NCBI GenBank assembly: GCA_000165425.1
Contig: CT868007.1
Location: 124,001 to 188,000, forward strand
DNA from: Paramecium tetraurelia
Lineage: Eukaryota
Length of the DNA stretch: 64,000 nt
Direction of reading: 5' to 3'
The translations under genes and the position numbers were made by a program. The first letter of the stretch is position 1. Each line of letters opens with the position of its first letter. This document shows, piece by piece, positions 13,416-27,851 of the stretch. The notes beneath the pieces were generated by a model, which had not been told where the DNA came from, ran no database searches, and saw only the letters and a program-made list of their open reading frames with translations.

Positions 13416-14909
13416 TCAAAAATTATTAGTTTTGATGTTCTAATCTAAATCTGGCTATGAACTAACTTTATCTCTTAAAAACTAATAATTATTCATCTAT
13501 CGAAAGTGATTGCCTGGTAGAGTGGTACAATTACTTATGAGTATTTTAAATATCTAGACAGTATAATTAATCTATACTTTAACACATTCTAAATTCTCTT
13601 CACCCATCAAATTCGCCATGATTTCCCTTTGATCTAACAATTAAATTGGGTTCTACGACTCTTCAAGAATCTAGCGAACATCCAAGAACTTTTACTCTCC
13701 AAGTTTCTTCTTCAAAAAATCTGCTAATAATAGATTTCTATTTGGAGATGTAGGGGTTTTAGGATTGAATAATTGTTTGGCAAATTAAGTTGGAGTTTCA
13801 TTCTGTTATTATTATTAATCATCCTTTTCTATTAAATCAGTATCAATTTTAATGATTTTCTTAGTCATTGGTTTCTTAATGTTGGATTGAATTTATTCTG
13901 AGAATAGATTTTTAAATAATAACGATTGGGATTTATTTTATGGAGTAAAGATTGGCTTATGCAACTACTTGATATTAGTTTAAACTGAGTCTGATTAAGC
14001 ACTATCTATTTATTTAAGCATTCCTATCAATCTTTATTTATATAACTGTTGAAACTTAAGTCTTTCCTTCTTTATCTCTGGAATTTCTAATAGTTATGAG
14101 ATTTCTGGTCTGTCTTGAGGATTCTTTTGTAAACATTGATTGATTATATCCTGATAAAATTATGGGAATCCTTCAGGTAATTTTGGAGTTTCACTTGTTA
14201 TGATATTCTTAAAGACTTCTGGTAGAGACTCTCCTTGAAATGGTTTTTATTTGGTGCATAATTCATAGAGGAGACATCCCAATCCCCAAATGTCACTCTT
14301 TGTATTATATGGTTTAGATTCACAAATCTCAGGTGACAAATAGTATGGAGTACCTTAAGAATCTATTCAAAATACTATACCTAATTATGTTAGATTCAAT
14401 GATGCATCTAGCTTTTTAGAAATACTGAAGTCTCCCAATTTGATCTAAATGTCTATTAATATTTATACTATGCCATCTTTAGTCAAAAACACATTTTTCA
14501 TTTTTATATCCTTATGGACAATATTCATTGAATGTAAGTATTGTACTGCTTAACACAATTATGTAAACCAATTTAATATGTTTGATGGATTGCTTTTCGT
14601 ATATATTTAAAGATCATCTACATTTTAGATATTTTTTTGAAATACAATTTTCTGCAAACTCCATCAAAATGCATAATTAATCATTCTACACAAATGAACT
14701 ATAGTATTTTATGATATTTGGATGTTTCAGAACCTTTAGCAAAGTAACTTCATTTGTTGGATCAACACTCTAAAATTACAAATCGATTAACTTGAGGGCA
14801 AATTTCTTTTGTTTTCTCAATCCTATACCTATCCTTTATTGTCTTCAACCAGCCAAACATCACCAAAATTACCCTTCCCAATCATTTTTATTCTTGTATA
14901 CTTATCCAT
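13416..14909 (-). CDS. NIMA-related (NEK) Ser/Thr kinase, non-RD
   Basis: [66 protein letters not shown]. Confidence 0.9.
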
Positions 14910-15123
14910 TTGATTCTTAATATTATAATAAATAAGTTAGTTATATAAAAACAACCCTTTATTTTCAATACAAAATTTAGTATTCTTATTTGCAAAATAT
15001 ATGTAATTTCACTACAGAATATCTCTACTATATATTAAAAACAAAGCACAAAACAATATTTTTCAATCTATTAAATTTAATTATATTATCATTCTGATTT
15101 TTAAAATTCCTAATTATAAATAT

Positions 15124-16443
15124 ATGATATTATTCATTTTTTATTTTATCTCTGCCAATGCTTCAATCACATATGATTAAGGATATTATAACGGCTTCTC
15201 ACTCCCTATATCGTCAACTTTTATTTGCAAAGACAATTTTCAATAAACAGCCACAGTGACATTTAACCAACCTTTTAATAATATTCCTTAAGTTTTTTTA
15301 GGTCTCGAGTTTTTAGATTTCGATAAAGGCATAGAGTATAAACTTTCAATCACAACCATTACAACAACGCGTAAAAATTGAATAATGATAAATTTAGATT
15401 TCGAAGTATTAATAGAATGCATTACATCTATTCAAGTATTTTCTGTTGAATTCTCATGGTATGCAATAGATGACAAAAGAATTTAAGTTATTAATAACTT
15501 CAATATGGTTCCTCCTGGTGTGAATGTATTTAATCACATTAATCCAAATATTAACTTTGGGATAGTTTCCATAACAAGTCTTGGAATTGATGGAGATATT
15601 GACTTTTAGCTTGCTGTATTATCTTTTATCTAGAATCAAGGTTTCCTCCGTTAATCAATCTACTGTGTCAGTCAGCATTACGTAAGTAGCTGGAAACATT
15701 AATAACTTAAAGCAAATTGGATATTAAGTAATTTTAGGAATTCCAGAAGCATTTTTGGGTTCGAAAAATAATCCGCTTACTACTGCATTTAATAGTGGAA
15801 CCTTGACATAATAATCAAATCGATGGTTATTTTTAAGTTTTACAGGGTTTAAGATGAGCAGCGCTCTAAAATAAAAGGTCACTAGAAATCCGTCACCCCT
15901 ATCATATTTTGTCACCTCTAGTAATGACTATTATAATATTTTTTAGTCGATGTGGGATTCGTTAGTTGTAATCATCAAATTTCTTGGTTAGCTTATCAAT
16001 TTACAACTTTTTACAAACCTTTTGAATGTTAGAGTGTAAGGTTGTCTTAATCAAATGATGATTAGGCTTCGACAAAACCTTCAATATAAATTTATATTTC
16101 AGAATTAAATCTTACTTTAGATTAACCATAAAATAAACTAATTTTCCCCTAAATCACTTAATTAAATTTATAAGTGTATGTAAAATGTTAAGTTCAAAAA
16201 AAAATTCTTAGTTAATTTCTAAGATGTTATGAGTGTAATACTAATAAATAACATAAATTATGGAATTATTGTAATTAATAGATTGATGTAGTCACTTATT
16301 TTCTAAAATACTAAACTACTTAATAAGTCTTTAAAGAATTATCAATAAATATTACCTCAGATAGTATTACTATAATCTAAGTACTTTATAATCAAGCTGA
16401 AATATAATAGGTGATATTAGAAATTTTAATACAAGATATGTGA
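15124..16443 (+). CDS. Secreted H-type lectin domain protein
   Basis: Signal peptide MILFIFYFISANA, then VTFNQPFQYIPQVFLGLEFLDF...SITTITTT..FEV..VEFSWYAIDD, which is the H-lectin pattern. Confidence 0.75.
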
Positions 16444-16580
16444 ATAATCAACATTATATTTATAACATTCCTTTTATATATTATTGCAACTTATTTTTAA
16501 TTAGATATCCATCTTATAAACTAATAAGATTAATAACATTTATTTTGATGTTTATATAAGAATTATCAATATATTTATAG

Positions 16581-19500
16581 TCATTACATTTATCTATTTT
16601 CCATTTTCTGCATTATTGTTAATGCCTATTTATATTTAATTTTTAATTATGTTAATTCACTAATTTTTTCTGACAATTCTCTATTTAACCTTTCAGTTTG
16701 AGATAAATCTGATTACTAAATCTTTTACTATTATTAATAATTAAAAACAGTTACATTATTGGTAAACATTTGTTAGATTTTTTAATTTGATTCTTTCAAT
16801 GATCTAATTTGTTGTTTTAGCTCTTAGTTCTCTTAAATTATTTCCTAATAATATAAATGATCAGAAGTACCTTTAAATTTTCAATTTAATTTTAGGATGA
16901 TTATAATTAATTCTCAAGTGTTAGTACTCTTGCCTACAAACTCAAAGATTCTGCTTCTTTTACTTAAGTACTCGAAGATAAGACTTATCTTTTCAGAATG
17001 TCTAATTCATGTTTTAAATCTTCTATTTCTGAAATTCTTGCTGTATTTATTCGTTAATATAATTAATCAATTTATTAATTTAAATTTTCATTTTGAGTTA
17101 TTCTTTCATCTCTTTATTATGAATTTCTACTTTGGTATTATATTCTTGGACTACTTAATGGACTGTTGATATTGAGTCTTTTGAGATTGTCATTTTCATA
17201 TATTAATTTGGATTAATAATCAAAGAGTTCTGTGTTTTATTTTCTTAAATTTTCATTTTGCAATTTTGTGATTTCTAATTCTTTTAATATTTCATTCAAA
17301 TATTCATATTATTCTTTATATTTGTTCGGGCTAATTAGTTTTTGTTATGGAATAGGTTATTACAATTATAGTTTTAATTAACTAATCTCAAATTCTTAGA
17401 TTTAACATTTTGACTAGTAAACTTTTAGTTCTTATCTAATAACATCTAAGTTATGCATAATTTCTGACCTATTAAAATTGAAGTCTTTAGATCTCTCAAA
17501 TTTTTTCTGACTAATAGAATAACTTAATTTATATTATTGATCTTATTCAGATTTAGTTAATAATAATATTTATTTTTCTTAATCTGATTTAAACAATAAT
17601 AATTATTAATTCTCTTAGATTAACTAGCTGTTTGCAAATTTCAATTCATCCAATAATTAAGTTGATTGGTAATATTATTATTTTAGAATTATCAATTAAT
17701 CATTATTCTCTTTCAATTATTTTTTTAAATCTAGAATTTAATTTTATTAGTTTTAATTTATTTCCACCAATTCTAAATTCTCTTATTTTGCATTGAATAT
17801 TTAATTTACATAATTTTCAATATCTTCCTTATTAGTTTCTACAATTTATACAGGTCTAGCTTATAATTACTTTTATTATAAATCTTAAAATTCTTTCTAA
17901 TATCTTTTACATAAAATCTTTTGGTCATCCAATTCTAAATTTAATTTTTCTAATTATTTTCTTTGAGTTTATATTTCTTATTCATATTTATTAAATTAAT
18001 TACTATTATTATTATTACTTAATTTTGTTTCTATCATTAATAATAATTATCTATTTTAATCTTTCTAATTTTCAAGGTCTTTCAAATGACTCTAGCAATT
18101 TAATTGCAATTCTTCAAACTTGATTTTGTATTATGTATTTTATGAATTAAATTGTGAATTGATATAGCTTTATTAAAGTACTTCTTCATATTTCCTTTTC
18201 CAAAATGAAGCACTTTCCAATTTATCTAAAGAATGGTTCTTATGACGCTATTCGCTTGTTGATATTCTTGTATTCTCTTTAATCGAAATAATCCTATTTT
18301 ATCTTTGAGGATAGAGTGCACAATCATTATACTATCTTGATTGATTAACTTAAGTTTATAATCCTTCTTGGCTTCTTAAAATAGTTCTTAATTTTAATAA
18401 TTAGTCATTTGCCTTAAATAATTCTTATCTAGTAATTAACAAATTCTATATTGTTTAATCTAATTCATGATCTTTAGATTAGAGTGATTTTTTTAAATTA
18501 TGAATGATATTTTCCTTCTCATCCAAAAGACTTTAATCGATCACATATATTTGACCATTTATTTATGTTGATTAATCTTTTGTTATTTTTGATGAGATTT
18601 TAGAGTATGAAGAAGTTAATTGGAACTTATATTAATCTATTTATGAATTCAAATAATCTATTTCTTTTTTATTATTTTTTTTATTTAAATCTAATTGTTT
18701 ATTTAACATTAATAATTAATCTCTATTACTAATAATTTATTATTTTAATCTTTGATTTTCTTATTTTTCAAAAGAATTTTCAGTTTATAATGTTAAGACT
18801 TCATGTTTTAATTCTTAATTTTCATTTTATTATTAATTAAATAATTCTTTAATGTTGTTTGATTCCAATTGCATCTACTCCTAATTATTTCTTAGTTAGC
18901 TAATTTCATTTTCTAAATCTTTTATTATTTGAATTTATTATTAATTTTCAATTTACACTCTAGGAGAAGAAGTTGCAGATTGTAATTTTTTTTATGATTA
19001 AATTTTATTCTATTATCTTGCTAATATTAATTAATTACCTAAGTTTTATACTTAATTTGCTAAATTTTAGTTTTCTTGCATTAATTTTTAATCACCATCT
19101 ACATAGAGTACAATTTTACTTTCCAACTCTTTAATTTTCTCATTTAATTATAGTTTTTAAAATTCAAAATCTTCACTTAAAATCTTTATTTGTGATTTGA
19201 AATCCTATTGTTATTTTTACATTTAATCATATAGTACAGCTTTTTCATCTAGCAATCTCCTTATTTAAATCTCTAAATCATTATTTTTATTATCTTCTAA
19301 ATTAAAGTCTGGTTATTTGTTCGTTTCCTTTAGTTGTTCACCATTTTCAGATATACTGATAGATCTAGAATGTTCTTTCACTTATTATTCTTCTAAAGCA
19401 CTTAATCTTAATTTGATTAATGATAATTATGTTTAATATTCACTCTCCTGTTCTTTGAATATTTGTTATAAATCATCATTTTTCTATTATAATTGATTAT

Positions 19501-21877
19501 GCTCTTTAGTAAGATTTTCAAAATCGCATTACAACTAATCCAAATCATTTTATTTTTATTATAATTCTAATTTAGATTGTTCTAACAAATTGTGTAATAA
19601 ATTTATTTGTTCTTATAATTCTAATGGCATTTCTTAATTATTTTTCTTTATTTCAATTTCCTTCTAACTCATTTAAATTTCTTGATCCATTTTTTGGACT
19701 TTAATGCATAATTAATTATCTTCATTTTAATTCTGATTTAATATTGCACATTTATAGATGTCCAAATCTTTTTACAATTTATCATTCTATAGTTAGAGAT
19801 CTTAAATAGCTTAATTTGTTATTACATTTACCTGCTTTAATGAATTTATTTCTTGTTTCAACAGCTCTTATTATTAAGAGTTTTCTAATAAATCCTAATT
19901 GTCTTATTTTAATTTTTATATTTATTCGTCTAATTCTTAAATAAACATATTTTGTGAATCAGATTCATTCATTTTCTATTTGTCAAACTAAGAACTTAAA
20001 TTTACTTATTAATCTTTATCTTATTAAAATTAAGATTGATTTGTTTGAGATTCTTGTGTAATTTTTACTGATAGATTCTCTGTTTAAATGGATTCATTTT
20101 AACAGATTTTGAGTTACCCTTTCTTAAGATTATTTAATTCTTTCTATAATGTAAGGATGGTTGAATTTAAATTTTCATTTTCTTCTTTAATAATCATCTA
20201 AAATTCATCTGATTTTTCTCTATCTTTATTATTTTTATCTTGAAGTTATTTTATCAAATATGACTATCTTTGATTTTATACCTTCAAATATTATAGTTGC
20301 TCTTCTAGGTTCTCAACTTATCTTTTTAGTTATTAAATAGTTGATTTATCTTAATTTGATTATGCTTGTAAATCCTTAAAACTATAATCCGATTATCTAT
20401 TCAAACTATCTTTAAGTTTGGAAATATTATCTTTTTAGAATTATTTTAATAGTTCATCTGATTCTAATGAATTTTTGATATCGGATTGAGTAATATTTTT
20501 TTGATGTGATTCATTTGTAGGTTTTTAATTGATTTGCTTTTGTAACTATTGAAATTCATTTTACAAGTTTTCAAGGTCATTTTAGGTTTTGTCTAATTGT
20601 TTCTTATCTAGGAAATCTACTTATACAAACTAATTCTTTTTGTTAGAGCAGAGGGGCTTTTAGTTATTTGATTTTGTTGATTGTGATCTTATCTACTTTT
20701 ATTATGTGTCATTTTCCTCATTCTTAGAGAATAATTTTTTAGGTTTAACAGTGGATGCCAAATCTGATTTATCTTCAGATTTAGCATCAGATTCCTCAAT
20801 TTAATTCAAATATTTAACATAGGTATCATTTAAATCATTTGGTAGTTCCATTCTTTTCAAATGTAACAAAGTTGCACTCAATCTGATCTAGGATAATACT
20901 TTTTCAGGTGTAAACTAACCATCCTATTAAATTTTTTCTATTTTTTTTAGAGCTTACATAAATTCTTATGAATTTTGATTGGATGTTCGTTGAGGTGAAT
21001 CAGAACGATTTTATGAGTTTTGTATATTATTTTTTCCTAAAAACTAGTAATCTGTGAAAGCACTAAACGGTTCCTATTAAACAACCTTTGTTACTAATCG
21101 ATATTACGGTTAACTCTTGATACTCGATTGTTAAGAATGCGATGACTTTAATTATTATTTCAATTTTTCATTTTCTTCCAAAATACTATCTATTTTTTCA
21201 TTTAGAAATTGATTTTCTAATTGCATTCTTAAGAGTTCCGACTTTTAATCGGATAATTCTTAGCTGTGACTATAATCATAGGAGGAATTTCTAATTTTGA
21301 GATTTGTGATTTCTTGATCTTTTTTTTATAGCATTTCTTCATAATTGATTTCTAATTCTTTGATCATGTCTATGAGCTCAGGATTTTCAGGAGGGTTTTT
21401 CTTGAAGATAATATTCATTTCATTTAGGGTTTCAATTTATTTTTTTGCTCTATTTAATTAGGATGTGACTTGTTTCAGTTGATTATTCAATTTTTTATTA
21501 ACTTCATCTGGACATCTAATTGTTTAGATATTTATATACTTCTCATCAAAGATCTCATTAATAAAATCATCTTTTATTAACAATTGTTGATTCAATGTGG
21601 CAATTTTGACTTCTTAATTGTCAATTTTATCTTTGAGTAATTATTCTAATCATTAAATAGTAAGGCTACATGTTGTTTCTAATTATTATATTTTATCTTC
21701 ATATTTATCTGTAATTAGGATTGCTACTTTATGGAGTCTTTCTATTTCAAGTCCTAATAACACCAATTTCATCTTATAATCAATAATTTCATTCTCTATC
21801 AGTTGGCTTTTGATTGGAGATCCTATCTTATGAGTGTTAGGAATTAAAACTTGTAGAGCTTTTTTTGGGGTAAGCAT
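16581..21877 (-). CDS. Very large Q/E/K/N-rich coiled-coil protein (~1700 aa)
   Basis: ATG 21877 (MLTPKKALQVL...LVLLGLEIERL). Low-complexity code-6 frame over ~5.3 kb ending KMENRQMQ* at 16581; interior only spot-checked. Confidence 0.7.
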
Positions 21878-22019
21878 ATAAATAAAAATTATTGAGAAAA
21901 TATAATTGTAATTAATTTTATTTATCATCCCTAACCAATATTATAATCTAGAACTATTTGGATTAGTTAATAATGTAGCATTAATTGAATTATTATAGAT
22001 TTATTATTTTTTATATAAA

Positions 22020-23692
22020 ATGAATTGGTTGTCATAAAAAGATGAACATGATAGCATATTTAATAATGGGGGAGATTTCTGGTTACCAATAAAACAACAA
22101 GAAAACCAATAAAATCTTATATTTTAAGGTAAGGCTTTTTAGAAACAAGTAAAAACTAGAAAGTGGGAAGCTGTACATTTAGAATTATATGTTGACAAGT
22201 AATACATTTCATTATTCAAATAGATTGGGTAAGGGTGCAAACTTTCAGGCAGAATACTGCAACATTAACGCTTGCTACTTAAAGAAGAACAAGGATTCCT
22301 AACCCCGTTTAACCGTAAAACATGGGGTCAGATACATATGGTAACANNNNNNNNNNNNNNNNNNNNNNNNNNNNNNNNNNNNNNNNNNNNNNNNNNNNNN
22401 NNNNNNNNNNNNNNNNNNNNNNNNNNNNNNNNNNNNNNNNNNNNNNNNNNNNNNNNCCGTATAAACATGGGTTCAGATTTACATTATGGTAAACAAAGAG
22501 TAGAATTCTTCACAGAAAGTCAAGATCATTATGAAAGATGGTAATCAGCTTTGAAAAGGTACTGTATTCTAACCAAATTTAACAAAAAATACAAACTTAT
22601 ATGTAAACATAAATTAAATGAACCTTATCCATCATGTACTTATAAAGCTTAAAGAAATTCTGATGGACTATTCTTTTAAATTAGAATCATTGAAAAGAGT
22701 TAACTAGATGATCCAGGCTTAGTCTTAAATGATATAGCTATTTTAAGAAGAGTTGATCATGTTTATGTGTAAAGATTGTAAGAAGTCTATGAAGATTAAG
22801 TTTACCTATATATTGTATATGATCAATATGCTGGAAGAGAATAAAAATTTTTACTTCCCCAATTGTTATAGACTAGTGAAAAAGTAGTAGCAGAATTACT
22901 TTATAAATTATTATTGGGATTACATCACATACATAGTAAAGGAGTTTTCCATAGAGATATAAAATTTGACAATATTTTCAACAGATTCCCTGATTGTATT
23001 ACTGATTGCTGTCTTGTCAATTTTTCAAGTGCTGATTTTCATGAAAATAAAATGCATAGAAGAATAGGCACTCCAGGATTTATGGCTCCAGAAATCTTCA
23101 AAACCAAATAATATGATTAATAAATTGATGTATTCTCTTTAGGAGTGATATTTTATTATATTGTGTTTGGTAAGATGCCCTTCGGGACCGATTTAAATGA
23201 AGTACATTTTATAATTTAAGTAGAGAGGTGCTTTCAAAAAATGAATAAGGAGACATTGATTATCCAGAATTCTGTAGAATCTCTATCAGTGGTCTTTAAT
23301 TGATGAAGCTAATGTTACAAAAGGATCCCTAAAAAAGATGCACTTCTTTTTAAGCTTTAAATCATCACTGGTTTATAAATTTAAAAATAAGAGATTTATT
23401 GGGAAAACCTAGTGTGATGATGAATCAAATGAAAATGGGATCAGGACTTAATTTATCAACAATTTTGGAAAAATCTGATATGATAGATAATTCAAATATG
23501 TCAATTGCTATCACTCCTAGAGGTGTTATTAAGAAAAGCTAAATGTCAAGATCCAAATCTACAGATATAAATATTTTGGATTAAGAATTTATTTATGAGA
23601 CTGTTGCTGATAAAATGAAATGCTTATCAAACACTATCCCTCAACCATCTAGAATTAAGCACAAATAAAATAAACTGTAAATGTAAAAATGA
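22020..23692 (+). CDS. PH-like plus CAMK-type kinase-fold protein, probable pseudokinase (spans an N gap)
   Basis: PH-like end VEFFTESQDHYERWQSALK. Kinase part has HRDIKFDN, GTPGFMAPE and DVFSLG, but no Gly-loop, FQIR in place of VAIK and NFS in place of DFG. Confidence 0.8.
22347..22456. other. Assembly gap (110 N)
   Basis: Run of N. Confidence 0.99.
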
Positions 23693-23784
23693 ATTAAATA
23701 GAGTTATCATACTATTTGCTTTTTAGATTTCAGTTATTCTTTCAAAAATTATAAAAAATTTAAAAACATATTATGGCTTAGACC

Positions 23785-24233
23785 TCAAAAGTACTTATTT
23801 TTTTAATTCCTAATCGCTGTATTTTCGTATTTTTTAGGTTTTCTTTTTCCTGTCATTTTATCTGATGATCTAAATCTCACCTTCTTTGAATATAAACTCT
23901 ATCCATCATTACTTTAAAAATACATCTTACCATGGGATTAAGGCATTTTTATATCCCTTTCAAAGGTGAAATGAAAAAATTTGATTTTTTATTCGTTTTC
24001 TACAATTATGATTATTCATTTTTTCTATAATTGCTATAATTCTCAGCTACGACCTAAGACTAGCATTCTATTATTGATTCCATTTGCGAATTTTTGCAAA
24101 TTTCTATAGAATTGTTTTCACTAGAGGCCCGCAGACATAAATTTTCAGAACTAATTTCAGCAAATTATAGAGTTTCGTTTTGTAATTCGAAATTAAAACT
24201 CTACTAGAAGAAGTCTTCTTCAAATCTATCCAT
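23785..24233 (-). CDS. Hypothetical small basic protein
   Basis: ATG 24233 (MDRFEEDFFQQSFNFELQNE...), ending ...KKYENTAIRNQKNKYF*. Confidence 0.5.
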
Positions 24234-24728
24234 ATTTTCTTGAAGATTGTTGGTATATTATATAAACGTTAATAAAGTAAATATGATTGACTAAAAATAT
24301 TAAATAAATTAGAATCTTTACAATACAGGTAGATTTTAAACTCATTTATTTAAGTTTAATATTCGTCTAGATTTTCAAATTTAAGTTGACTTAAATTTTA
24401 AAAACAAAACTATGCATAAGCTAGAATATTAACTTATGTTTAGATTAAGATAATTAAGATAATACGAAAAATTAATTTTATAAATCTTAAAGTGAAATAT
24501 CAGAGTAATTTTAATTTATTATGATCGTCGTTAAAGACCATTGAATTTAGAATTAGCAAGAATTATTATTGGAGATAAATTACTAAAATATAAATTATAT
24601 ATTATTTTCTGTCAATTTTGATAATTAGTCAAAATATTTATTTTTTAAGAAGGGTATATTGATTTTTAAAAAAGTCAGTAATTTCTTATTCTTCAATACA
24701 ATATTTTTTTATTAAATAAAATCCTGTA

Positions 24729-25989
24729 ATGAATTTAAATCACTCAACTTCTTAAATTAGGTACTAAAATGTAAGATTGCTATAAATTACTACGGCATAC
24801 TTTGAATATTCAGCAATTTAAAAATCAAATAAGAGAGAAGTAGTATTAAAAATACAAAATTCTATGAATTCTAATGTTTTACAAGAAGAAACTGCAAAAT
24901 TGATACAAGTTTAAGACGTAGAAGGCATACCTGAAGTAATAGATTATGGTAATAATAATGATTAAAGGTATTCTTGTTTTTAAGCATAGATATTTTTTGG
25001 CGACTTAAACTTTAGGTCCTTCTTTTAGTTAGATTATGAAAATAAATGGATAATTATCATTAAAAAATGTGCTTTTGATTGGCATTTAACTAATAAAACT
25101 TTTATAAAAATTGCATGATAAGAAATTTATTTTGAGCAATATAATACCTTGCAATTTTTGTTTTGGAGCTGAGCTGGAAGATAAATTAATTTATTTAAAG
25201 GACTTAACATTTTTATAAAGCAAAGAGTGCAATATTAAACTTTTATAGTTTCCATTCAAAGAGTGTAATTTTATAAGTCCAGTACTTAATATTCATAAAG
25301 GGCCGAGTTAGATTGATGATCTTTATAGTTTGGCATACTTATTAATATACCTAATTAATGGTAATTTAAAATATCTATCATTAATAGGAACCTTACCTTG
25401 GTAATAAATTGATCAATTGATCAGCGAAAAATAATTTTAAGAATTATAAAAGTATAAATTAAAAGTTACTTTTGATTAATAATTTTTGGATTAACAATCA
25501 TCTGTTTTTGGAGAATGGTTTAAGTATATAAGTACGTTAAAATAAAGCTAACATCCAAATTATAATTATTTAAAAAATATTCTAATTTCTAAAATTTATG
25601 AAAATGGATGGAAACTTAATGATTAAATTGAATATAAAAATGAATAAGCGATTCATAGTTCTAAATCAATTGTATCTATAAAAAGCAGAAGCAGAGGAAC
25701 TTCTATAACTAAGACTCCCAATTAAAGAATGATCGAAACATTGAGCCCGATATTGGAAGTTGATAAAGAATTCGAGTTAGCTCAGTCAGCTTAAAAGCAA
25801 AATGAAGAATTATTTATTTTTTAAAAGTTTTAGAACGTAAGAAAATTAATAGAAGATTAATAACAGACTGAAAATAACTTAAGTTTTACTTCAATTGGAT
25901 AGAATGAATGTGAGATGTGGAAGAAACTGGAGAAACTAGAAAACTTATCAAGGCCAATTTATTTGATGAATAAATTTGAGAAAATATGA
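24729..25989 (+). CDS. Casein kinase 1-like pseudokinase
   Basis: CK1 landmarks EGIPEV, TLGPSF, LSLKNVLLIGIQ and DDLYSLAYLLIY...LPWQ. The catalytic loop reads LSNIIPCNF and DFG reads DLT. Confidence 0.78.
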
Positions 25990-26109
25990 AATGATACTTT
26001 ATTATTATGACTTGTATTACTAATTATATAATTGATAATTGTGCAAAAGATTTAAAAATGAGTTTATTGATATTAAAACTTTATTTATATATTAATAATT
26101 CTGTCTTGA

Positions 26110-27386
26110 TCACTCTTATTGCAATTATTAATATAATTATTGTTATTATTACTATGAAAATTAATTATCTTCTTCACCCTAAAATATTAAATTTCTATAC
26201 CACTTCAGTATTTAGAGGAGTATCACTAACAATATGATTATTTTAAGTAGTGACTTCATATTTATTGGGATTGTGAGGGGATTTTTCAACAGGTGCAGCA
26301 AGTTTCATGTCAGCCAGAGCATTTTTTAATTGGTCTAATTGCTATTATTAATCTTCATCTTCCTAAGTTTGTTCAAGCTCTTTTTAAAATTCCTCACTAT
26401 TTAAGTCTATTAATGAGCAATTACCCTATTTGAGGTGGGCTCTCTACCGGAAATAAAGGCTTAGTTCCATCAGGATTCCAAGGTCCAATATTTAATGACA
26501 AAGCATCAGTATTTTCACATTTTGAATTACCACCCAGAAAATCAGGTAAATTATCAATATCTATATGTTTTAACAATTCGTCTTTATAAGAAGAACCTAA
26601 GATAGTTATTTTATTTTTTGTTTTTTCATCTAACCAAATCTTAACCATTGCCCAAATTCCACTGAACATCACAGGTACATTAACAATGTACATTCTAATT
26701 GAAAATCATAATTAATTACTTTCCAAGAATTTCTGGGTAATTGTTTTAACCAATGTTAGAGGCTAATTAAATAAAGTTGTAAACTTGTTTTGAAACCATC
26801 TTCATTGATCCTCCTTTCAAATCTAAGATTGTGAAAGATTATTCAATCTTTGTTCCTTTTGCTTATGAACATGCAGGAAAGATTCTTTTCAGCAACAATT
26901 CATAGGATTGAATGTAGTATTTAATTAAACGTTGCTCTGTAGTCACTTCAAACAACTTATTTAATTGAAGCATTCCAATTCTTTCTATATAAATAGGTCT
27001 TCCCTTTTATTATAAATTTCAGATTGTACCATTTTATCAGTCTTATGATATCCATGAGGATAATGAGTTCTTACTTATGGTAACTCATCAAACATGTAGG
27101 TCTATGGTTAATTGGATCAATACCATAATATTATCAACATCATTTTCTTTTCGCCACTTAATGAAATCATTAAACATTTATTGAGTTTTCCCTAAATCGA
27201 ATTTTCTGGCTCTTAGAAATCTCAATAGATATGGATCATCATATATTTTCTCGCTCAATCCCATATGGTTTATAATATTTCTAAAATCACTCAAAGCCTT
27301 TAATTAAGTCTGATTACAATCCCCTGGAAATCTAGCTTATATAACATATCAAGTTACCCTGTGTAGTCTTTGTCCTTTTTACTCAT
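26110..27386 (-). CDS. SEC14: SEC14 / CRAL-TRIO lipid-binding protein
   Basis: YDDPYLLRFLRARKFD, YPHGYHKTDK.GRPIYIE, NYPEILG, IVNVP..FSGIWAMVKIWLDEKTKNKI, LPDFLGG. Confidence 0.92.
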
Positions 27387-27851
27387 AATTTAAAGATTTA
27401 ATTTATAAGAAGACAATATTTGATGTTGTATTTAAAATCAATTATTATAACTAATATAAAATGTATATTCTTATTTTCCATTTATAAATATTCATAAATA
27501 AATTGATTGATTATTTCTTACAAAAAAGAATTACAAAAATTGCTATTTTTCTTATGGGATGAAAAAGACCTATTTGTAAGATTTAAATCTAACTCCATAA
27601 ATGATAAAAACCACTATTTAATTTAAATTTAAGAGAAAAAATCCATTAAACATATCAATTTGGCAGCAAGCAAAAAGAAATAATACAATTTACATTTTTA
27701 CCAGACAAATTTAAAAAAGTAGATGTTAATTGGATCAAAATATGATAATTTTAACATGTTTATAGTATTCTTATTATTTATAAATAACTTAGGAAATTTT
27801 TTAGGTTAAATTCATATGGAGTCATTGTGTTATAAATATATATAATTAATA

